A program made the position numbers and the translations under genes. From Penicillus capitatus (taxonomy: Eukaryota; Plantae; Chlorophyta), in the NCBI GenBank assembly GCA_965649825.1, contig OZ287695.1, positions 1,539,288 to 1,603,287 on the forward strand: a stretch of DNA of 64,000 bases, read 5' to 3'. This document shows positions 55,032 to 64,000 of the stretch, piece by piece. Each line of letters opens with the position of its first letter. Position 1 is the first letter of the stretch. The notes under the pieces were generated by a model. It was given only the letters and a program-made list of their open reading frames with translations, was not told the DNA's origin and searched no databases.

Positions 55032-55999
55032 CTATTCAGCATATGTCGTCGGATGTGTGGCAGTAATCGGACAACGAATAAATTTGTAGACATCCACAGT
55101 CAGATGCTGCGTCTGTAAAAGGTACTTTGCCTGCAGGGCTCACACAATCGCTTTCAATCGACCATGCCATCCACAATATCCATACAGCCCATACTTTGAA
55201 TGTTCCGTTGATGAAGAAGACTTCCTGGTACGGAAACTGGTAGCAGTGTTGGATGACGGCTGAAATGTATTTCAGGGTCAAATGCGTTGTATCCAAAACG
55301 ACCGTTTTCTGCATATCATCCATCGATCACTCTTCTGGATGATCGTGAAAGAGTGAGAGAGGGACGTGCCTCAGTAGTGTCGAGTCGGGAGAGTGTCATG
55401 TTTATGTCTTTGGTGGCGGCTGTCCTCCCATAATACGTCATGTTGACTTGTCCCGTAACGTCCACACTGACATAATTCGGATTCTTGAACGGTACAACAA
55501 AACTGACTGCCATAACGAAAGACTGATTGGTTCCGTCAATTTCAAATCGATCGACGTTGATCGGTGTGTCCAGAAGAGATATCCCACGGGGCACCAGAAA
55601 GAACGCGCATAGAATGCCTCCAAATGAGAGCAGAACCAAGAACATAATGAGCAACTTTGGCAAACGAGGCTTGAGTCGTGGATCTAGGAAACAGATACAG
55701 ATTCAATAGACGGTTAGGCCAGTGCAGAGGCGTTAGAGTATGTGTCTGTCGGAGGGAGAAAGTCCACCTGAGAGCCGCATGATGTTGGAACCGACATGAT
55801 GTTCGCCATTACGAATAAGAACTTCGTATTCACTTTCGGCGTTCTGTGTACTTCCCCGCTCACAACACAGCGACGCTCGAACTGTTCTGTTCATTCGACG
55901 AAGCCAGGCTGTCGCGAGCCGACTGGAACCGGGAGGAGTCCAGTCGTCTGTATAAGCGCCAACGGAAGGAACTAAAGGCGATGAGCGGCTGTCCGACAT
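55032..55999 (-). CDS. TMEM106/LEA_2-like type II membrane protein
   Basis: Spliced SDPRLKPRLPKLLIMFLVLLSFGGILCAFFLVPRGI, then beta-rich FKNPNYVSVDV...HCY...VYKFIRC. It parallels TMEM106 SDQRLxPRRTKL...FFLFPRS as recalled. Confidence 0.6.
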
Positions 56000-56553
56000 G
56001 ACGTTCTTATTCAAAAACGCGTAAAGAAGGATGATAGAACGCGAACGCGAACAGCATATGTTACGATCGCGCGACGAAGAGACGTTGACATATACCTGAT
56101 AGGCGACAAGAATTCGACCCAAAGCGCTCGGACTCGTTGACGAAGAGGACGACGTAGTCGCTCTGGTAACGAGGACGACGACACGATGCCAACCACCACA
56201 GGCATTCCGCGATCCACCCGCGATGAACGCGATGCGACTCTGCGTATGAGCAGGCTCCATCCTCCGAGACTTCATCTCCTGGACAAAGGGCGTCACGAAA
56301 GGGGGTATACAGGTCGGCAGCGCCATCCCCATGTGCATATGCCGACGCTGTCAGAGAAGGGTTCATGCTGCTGCTGTTTTGGATATTGGATGTAGGGATA
56401 ATCGGTGCTGAAACGCTCTCCATGATTTCACACGGATTGACAGGCTGCTTCGAGGCACCACACTTAGATTTCGTTGTCTACTCGAACTCGGCGAATAGCA
56501 ATCGATTGTCGGGAGCCATGCATGACGCCGACCATTAATGAATCATCTCATCA

Positions 56554-59500
56554 TTAAACAGCTTGATTTAATCTCTTCCATTCGGCCAAGGCCAAGCTCT
56601 GTAGACTGGGCAGTGATGTGACGGGTTGATGAGGGGCTCCGAGATCCACGTGGCAGTCTGGATGGATGGGAGCAGGGGGAGGTGGTCTGCCGACGCCAGG
56701 ATCGAGGCCAAGAACCAAACCTCCACCCGAGAGATCGGATAGCAGCTCTGATGTCTGGCCACGAATGGCAGCGATGGCACGGGGAGAGGTCGAGGCAAAG
56801 GTGCATTTGCAGAGATAGTATCCTGTGTTTCCAGAAACGGAGTACTCAGATTGCACTGCCCATGCAGCTAAGCCCATTCTCTGTAGATCTGCCAGCTGCC
56901 CAGTGATCGAGAAAGAGATCCAGTGACCATTAAAAGTCTTCAGCAGATAGACTGCCTGAAAGACAGTGAGTGACTGCATCGTCGACGGCCAGATTCTTTT
57001 GAGGTGTGATTGGTTTAGTACAGAGAGAAGCTGCATGGCACCATTGGTACCAGGCCATCGACAGACAGCTGTTGTGTTGAGCGATTCTGGCCATGATGTG
57101 ACTTCTTGAAAGTAGATCTTGGCTGAGGGATTGGGAGAGAGCGGCACCATGAGATCGACCAAAGGGATCGTATAGGATTTGCAGCTCAGGGCTGGCATGT
57201 CTTCGTCCGTTTCCTGCAGGGCCACATCCATAAACGGTTGAATCTCAATGGCTCCAAATTCTGTCAGCGACAGCTCAAAACGGTGACCCGTCGGCTCCTA
57301 CAGGAATTCTGTATTGCTGGCTGTGCACAACAAAGGATGGCAGACTTTGGCGGGGAGCTTTTCGGGATGCCATACAATCAATCCCTCTCTGTCTGCCGCG
57401 ACAGGACCTTCGATAGCAAAGGAGACGACGACACCCGTAATGTCGGACGATCCCATTTTATTTTCGGCACGGATGGCAATCTCCAATGTGCGAGATGATG
57501 GATCCACTCTGCAAACAAACACAATGATCATCTGTACGGTCGAAAAGAAGAGGCACTGACTGGTGTCGGATGCTCAGTTGGATAGGGTCGCCTTGTCCCG
57601 TCAGGATTTGCCATTCCGTTTCTTTCTCTTTCATGTTTAGTCCGCCCACTGCTGCGGCAAGATCGACGGCAGAAGGGCGTTCTGGAACAGGGGGGACCCT
57701 TTGCTTCGTCTGTGTGTCTTGCACGCGTTGGGCATCTCTTCTCCCTTCCTGTAGACTCATTGTGAGTGCCCCGTGTCGACGGTGTCGCTTGTTTGACACG
57801 AATCCCAACGAGGCGGAATTGGTGAACGGGAATCCTTCGCAGCGTTTGGTGGAGAGATCAATCGGAAGGAAAGTGACGTTCTGTTCTGAATCGGACTTTC
57901 TGGCGGCATCCGGTATTCTATCTGCACCATGACCCTGGAATCCGTCAGGTGGATGCTCTGTGATAAAATCCAGCTGTTTGAGAACAGATTTGCATTGGTC
58001 AAACATATCCACTGTCAAGAAATCTTCATCCAGTACACTGTTGCAGACCTTCTTCAAAAGCTCTGCGATCTGGCAGACATGGAGATAGGACTTGTGAAAG
58101 TCGACGAGTTGATACTGGGATGACAGATCCTCTGCTAGTTTTGATAGGCAGACGAGGCCTGCTGTCATGCCCTCGAGTGCTACCTCTGATTGATTGAATG
58201 CCATAGCAGGCTGCTTGGAATCGTCAGACGCCTTGAGATTGTAAACAGAGCTGTTCTGCATAGACCACAAAGATTTCTTAAGGAGTCCCTGACATCAACT
58301 GCGCACCTGTGGAGCTAGAGATCCTTGTCTGGATGCTTCGATGCGTTCTTCGCGTTGTCGCTTGGTTATTTCTGTGGGTCGAACGATCAACAAATCCTTT
58401 AGGCCTTCGACTAGATAGTTCCAGATATCCTCCACTCTGTCAGGCAGTTCGATGTGGTGACAGACAACCCAGAACACACGAGGCTTCAGCGCCGCATTCA
58501 GAAACGACCAAAAGAACACCATCTAAAAACGACAGTCAGCCACATGCGTGCGATCGTGCATGACCAGGAGGGTCAGCCGGATGTGCCCATCTTACTCTCT
58601 TCATGAGCTTCTGAATCTCGAATGCCTCTCCAGCAAGCACTTTGAGAGTTTTCCCTGCCTTGGTCTTGACGAAATCGTCATCGAGCGAATGCAGTTCTGC
58701 TATGAAATGGATGCTGTAATGGGTCAGGATGATGTAGAGTGTGTGCGATGTGAGCTGGAGTGCCTGCAACCAGAGATCCGCTGGCAGTGTTAGACCGTAG
58801 TATCCCTCTGATACGACATTATCCCATCCCAAACAGGCCTGTGTCAGATACAGCGCCACGACAGATGCAGCAAACCAGTCGATCACATCGGTCTGCAAGT
58901 CTGATTGTATAGCTGCCTGCACCATGGACCCCTTCGACGAGGCAGAGGCTGCATTCTCTGGAAAGATGGCCTTCAGTTCAAAGCCTTCGGCATGTTCCAT
59001 CATCACCTCCATCAATGAGCTGACCAGTTCTTGTTTGTAAGCTGGATATGAGGCCTTGGATATGGCTTTGCTGAGTAGGAAATCGATGCCCTGTTTCTGA
59101 TTCCCTGCCACAACGCCCGAGAAGAATGGCTTCTCGAGGATCGACTGTAAGGAAACATCAGGCGGTACTTCGCCTCCCGAACGTTGAATTCTCCTCATCG
59201 ACAGATCACATCGCAGTAAAGCTCTCCAGAGATGCATCAGAGATCGCGTCCTGTCCGAAGAACGTGGCAAACCACTGATACTCTGCAGCAGTTTTCGGGC
59301 AATCGAACACGCTTCTGAGATCTAACACCAAGCAGATTGCTGCAATCGAGCACGAAAACGCGTTGAAGAACCTCGAGTTGTTTCAAGTGCTTCGTCATTG
59401 TCATGATGATATCGCCTCGAGCCGGCACAGATTCTCTGCTTTCAAGGAGATTCTGCAATACTAGCATCGCCTTGGAGGAGGACCATTCCAGTGACTGTGC

Positions 59501-60749
59501 TGCCGAAACGCTCCATGACTTTGCCATCGTCTCTGAGCAACTCGAGCACAGCTGCATGATAACATCGCATGAACGCTGCGCAATAGAGCATCCGTCTGTT
59601 CCTTGCCTGAAGCAGAGATGCCGCTGACTGATGGACGACTGCCACATCCGCACAGGACAGCTGCTTTTCGAGAAACAGCATGATGGAAGGCAGCGTCCAC
59701 AGCAGAGTGCTGTCCTGCACAGCTGTGTCCTCTCCTTTCTCTTTCGTCACCTCCATTCCAATTCTGAACAGAACGGCCACGGCACATACCTAATCCATCT
59801 GTTTGTGTGACCATAGAGTGACATGATGGTACCCGTCCGGATGCATCCAGTTTGTCAGATTGGTACAGAACAGCTGCGAGATTTTGACGTATGGATTGGA
59901 TGCACAGATGGGCCCACCTCGACAGCAGTGCACTCCAGTCCGTCACTTCTTCTTCTTCCTCGCAGGATGTGCTCTTCTTGTGCATGAGCAGTTGAATGAT
60001 GTGAAATGCAGTGCCTGCGACCTGTTCATCTGAATCCACTAACCCATCGCAAATCTGCTTCCAATACTCAGAACATGCATTCGATCTCTCTGGCAGAAAT
60101 CTCGATGAGGGCTTATCATTCGACAGGTAAGAAATCAACCGGAGCTTTGGCAGATGCCCTTGATGACATCGAGTTGCAGGAGGAGATTGCCCAACGCAGC
60201 AATGCCTGCCGAGCGCACTTCAGGGTTGCCATGTTCCAAACTGATGGCGACAAAATCGGCCACACCATCTGCAGAGACACAAAGAACACTCAGCACCCCT
60301 GAACCGTCCAACAAAAATAGGATCGCCTTTCAGTGCCAGATCTACAAGGTACTGGACAGGAAGAGACGGTAGTGCCTCCAAAGCCAAGAGCTGAACATCC
60401 GGATCCTCTGACGTCAGTTCTTCCTAATGAACCACCAATCCATGACGCTATCTCGACGGTCAATGGGTCAGTCATCAGACTTTCAGGTTTTCTGTCACGA
60501 CATCCCACTCTGCATCATGCAAGGTGCGCAGATGAATCAAATCTGTCGCCAGGTGCTTTGAGCTTGTGCATGTGTCCGATTGGCCGAAGGTTTTCTGCAC
60601 GAGAAAGGCAAGTTGTGTACAAGGAGTTCGCTGCGGATGGGTTCACGCACTTGAAAGAGACGAGAAGACGTCTCTCCTGAATCCTGAAAGGAAGCGACCG
60701 CACTGAGTTTCCTCAAAAGCTTCTGAGGATCCGTTCCTTCTGCCGACAT
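56554..60749 (-). CDS. TPLATE: TPLATE (TSET complex beta-adaptin-like large subunit)
   Basis: N-terminus SKHLATDLIHLRTLHDAEWDVVTENLK...EDPDVQLLALEALPSLP (cf. plant KKLAFDLI...DPDVTAAAV). Appendage ILTGQGDP and LSCKSYTIPLVDLMVP (cf. LTGSSDP, LRCQPYKIPLTELLLP). Heavily diverged, and the start is uncertain. Confidence 0.7.
59552..59606 (-). other. GC-AG intron (55 nt) in TPLATE-like gene
   Basis: CAG|GCAAGG...ATGCAG|CTG joins ORF 59442..59780 to ORF 59237..59653 in phase 0. Confidence 0.7.
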
Positions 60750-61419
60750 TGAAAAGACTGAAATGATGAGGGCTGCATTGTTTCATTTTGAAGGCGGCAG
60801 TATCTGACACAGGCGCCATGTCGAACGAGAGCACCACCCGTGCGGATGACATTCAACGTGCCGATTCGTTTTGTTCTGCCATCTGATAGAGAACACATAC
60901 ATCGATCCACAGGCACGACGTCTATTCTGAGTGCACGGATGGCATCCTTTTTCAAGCAGAAGAGCTCTTCAACGTTGTTTGCTCCTGATTTCTGCAGTCG
61001 TGCTTTTTGACGATCTCGTTCGCATTTTTTCTCGTGTTCTTCCCGTGGCAAATGCAATGCATCGCAATAGGGGAACGATGACAGTACGATCCGAAACTGG
61101 ATATGCATCTGCAATGCAAAGCAGAATGCTATTTTTCGCTTCCCGATGCGGTTCGGATATCAGACAATGGCCAATTCGACTCGGCAATACGGTATCGAAC
61201 TGCTGAGAACTCTAAGTACTGTCATGGAATGCACATTGAAGCAGCAAACAATATATATAAAATCAGGTCTTACAACCTTGTGTGCCAGTGGCATGTGGGG
61301 CAAGCAGCAAACAATGTCTCGAGTCGTTTTCTAATGTATGCAAGGAGGATGATGATTTTTACAGAGGATGCAGTTCGATGGAGAATCGTTGTTTGGGTAT
61401 CGACCGCATTTCAGTGCTC

Positions 61420-62565
61420 TCATTCAAAAATGCGCTGAAGACGGAGTTCCTTGAGCATTTGTATCCGGAAATGATGCATGTCGCTCTGAGTGAATACCAA
61501 AGGCCGTTCAAGACTAAGGAATTTGGCATACTGCACGAGGAAGACACCACAATCTGCTCCATTGAGCTGCTGTGGGGCCTCTGCAGCCGTCCGATATTCA
61601 AAAGCGTTGCCATTCCAGTCTTCTCCCTTCTTGTCCTGCGCTTCTTCTGTCAGAAATTTGCAAATGAGAGACATCTTCGACCGCACATGATCCTAGAGTC
61701 ATACAGTCATGATCCAGAGGTCCATTTTGTGAACTCTTACTGCGATGCATCCACTTTGACACGGTCCGCTCAGAGAATCGTAGTGGAGAAGACGACGATC
61801 TCTGAGGTCAGCAAGGATGAGTGACCAATGCGAGAAGGCAAAGCAAGGAAAGAAGATGAGATCGCAGTCAAGGATCGTATCACATCGCTGTCCCCATCGT
61901 TTCAGTCTCTTAGGCTGTGTCCACCGTTTGATAACATCAAAGCAATGGCCTCCGGAGAGCTGCGGGAGGAAGAAGCTGTTGAAGAAATGGCATTTGGGAT
62001 GACACCGTGTTGCGTTGTGCTTCTGAAGAAGCTTCATGAAAGCGTTGATGATTTCATCATTGAGCCATTCGCCCTTATCCAGCAAACGAATATCGCAGGC
62101 CTTCAGCATGAGAACCTCCATGGGCAGTCCCATTCGAGCATCGCGCATTGTCTGATCATATGATGTGACATCTTCAGATGTGACCGTCACCACTAAGCCT
62201 CCCTCCGTCCTTACTGATGACTCGGATAGATCTGATGGGAGGTCATCCGCGACGGGCGAGTCAACACGGAGGCGTCCGAGTTGCGCATCTACAATGGATG
62301 TTAGGAATGTTTCGGATCGACGTGGATGCGCTTAACTGAGATCGTCAATGGTGTCTTTATGGAATCTCCCTTCGCGCGTCTCGTCTTTCATAGCGTCCAC
62401 TCCGTCTGCAGCGCTGACTTCGCCCGAGTCACGTTGTAAAGCGGATTCCACATGTACATCCGTATTCTGCAACGCCATTATGGCAGACGAACGGTACGCG
62501 GAACGCCGCTCGCGGTCGTATAGGATGATGGACGATGTCTCGTCCATCCACTTCAAGGTGGGCAT
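61420..62565 (-). CDS. ULP1: Ulp1/SENP SUMO protease (C48)
   Basis: WLNDEIIN, HFFNSFF, HWSL (His), YDSL (Asp), PQQLNGADCGVF (Gln/Cys); triad intact; two introns. Confidence 0.9.
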
Positions 62566-62649
62566 ATTGATCGATCGATTTAACGACTTCGCGTTATTTT
62601 TGATCACTGTTGAAACGCTCTGCTTCGTCCTTTTTTGTGCCAACGAGTG

Positions 62650-63585
62650 ATGATTCGATACGTCCTGCAGAAGAGCTCATGCATCCGTCTCTTGAGTACA
62701 CCTCTTGTCGAATCTCTGGCATCTCACTCTTCCATGACACCGACTTTTGAGAAGCCGCAGATTCCTTCCCCGCTGTTCGCGCGTTCCTCGACTCCCTTTC
62801 ATTGGGTGCTGCGTACGTCGACGACTCAAGCAAACGTGAGCTATGCAGAGTCGAGAGATTCTGACTCGGACTCGGACTCTTCATCGGACGATGATACAAT
62901 CAGGGGTCGTCGCCGCGAAGGAGTCGAATTACTGCGCTCTCTTAATGCCTATAACTTTCGCGAGCATCTCAAAAGTCTCAGTCAGAGCAGGAGTTTTATT
63001 CGTTATGACGATATGGTGACTCTTGCGCAGCAGAAAGGAGCAGCAGGGACTCGAGCTGAAAGCATGGAACTCTGTAATACACTCATCTCAGCTGGAGTGG
63101 TATTCCGTTTTCGAGATGTCGTGTACCTCGGTACAGACGAAGTGGCAGAGACCATTCTGGCCTCATTGCCCGATACGAAAATGGAATCGAAGAAACGCAT
63201 GGAGGAGCTAAAAGCTGAGCTGAAGTCACTCGAGGCGCAGAAAAAAGACTACGATGCACATCTCGATCAATACAGAACGCGAATGTCGGTTGGTTTACTT
63301 GCTCTGCTGGTGCTCCATTTTGGTGGGTTTGTCCGATTGACTTACTGGGAGTTATCATGGGATGTCATGGAGCCCATCGCGTATTTCACAACTCTGGCTT
63401 ACGGTATCGCTTTTCTGGGATACTTCGTCTACACAAAAGAGATTTTTGAGATTCCAAAAGCCTCTTCCAAAGCGGCGGCGTATCTGACACGCAAACACCA
63501 CTATGATTACGATAAAGAAAGATATTCCCAACTTTTGAAAGAATTCCAACGTTTTCAGAAACGTGGTATGCGATTTCGACTTTAA
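62650..63585 (+). CDS. MCU: Mitochondrial calcium uniporter, intronless
   Basis: Transit-peptide-like N-terminus, coiled coil, two TMs flanking the selectivity filter WELSWDVMEPIAYF. Confidence 0.92.
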   Translation: MIRYVLQKSSCIRLLSTPLVESLASHSSMTPTFEKPQIPSPLFARSSTPFHWVLRTSTTQANVSYAESRDSDSDSDSSSDDDTIRGRRREGVELLRSLNAYNFREHLKSLSQSRSFIRYDDMVTLAQQKGAAGTRAESMELCNTLISAGVVFRFRDVVYLGTDEVAETILASLPDTKMESKKRMEELKAELKSLEAQKKDYDAHLDQYRTRMSVGLLALLVLHFGGFVRLTYWELSWDVMEPIAYFTTLAYGIAFLGYFVYTKEIFEIPKASSKAAAYLTRKHHYDYDKERYSQLLKEFQRFQKRGMRFRL

Positions 63586-63614
63586 CAAGAGGCAGAAAGA
63601 AATCTGGTCTAACA

Positions 63615-64000
63615 TCAGACGAACGGATCCTCGTGCATCGGCTGAAGATTTCTGGCACGAGTAAACAAGGAGAAGGGACAGTTGCTTTTATTTTTGGACG
63701 TGACAACGCAACTGGTAATTCGCCTCTGCTTTTTATATTCTTGGTCTTGCTCCCAAGTTACTTTGACACCATTCTTGTCTAGTAACCTATGTCATAAATC
63801 GACAATGTTCATCTTAGGAACCGATAACGTTCGTACTTTACACATGTTGTCCAACTGAAACGCACATCTGATAAGAATCCAAAGACGGGATCCATTTCCG
63901 TTTGTAACCAATGAGTTGTATGAGGATCCGATGGATACCCTGATCCTATGTTTACATCCCCATACCTCTTCTGAATGACATTGATGTCTCTATCACGCAA
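63615..64000 (-). CDS. RNASEH2A: Ribonuclease H2 catalytic subunit A (3' part; runs off window)
   Basis: GSGYPSDPHT...DPVFGF..DVRFSWTT; one intron to a final exon ending FTRARNLQPMHEDPFV*. Confidence 0.9.

Noticed and set aside
60713-61419. 133-aa ORF and others upstream of TPLATE
   Set aside because: No splice-consistent link to TPLATE or ULP1 and no recognisable domain.
63386-63706. RNASEH2A apparently overlapping the MCU coding sequence by 200 nt
   Set aside because: That ORF is in another frame; the true last exon stops at 63615.

Overview
This is a 64-kb window of a very compact, intron-rich eukaryotic nuclear genome. It is most likely a flagellated green alga (Chlorophyta), inferred from a green-type cytochrome c, an LTD/GDC1 homolog, Tric1/HP30, TPLATE, a plant-type UK-UPRT fusion and flagellar DRC3. 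It uses the standard genetic code. I modelled about 30 genes by eye, with introns mostly 40-60 nt and many neighbouring genes separated by under 100 bp. No rRNA, tRNA, CRISPR or intact mobile element was recognised. Most genes are housekeeping. The main oddities are: (1) an LTD (LHCP-translocation ankyrin) gene broken by two +1 insertions, lying between two degenerate ~270-bp direct repeats, one with a possible Gypsy-integrase remnant; (2) several GC-AG introns with non-consensus donors, and generally weak 5' splice sites; (3) a strongly over-represented GATGTGAC/GTCACATC motif in promoters and introns; (4) unusual architectures, namely an acylated CaMKK/GRIK kinase fused to a cNMP-binding domain, an ARM+ankyrin+2xRRM protein, a stand-alone Nup96 and a TMEM106-like protein; (5) small spliced genes that the ORF track splits into fragments. 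Exon boundaries are manual inferences and no database searches were run.
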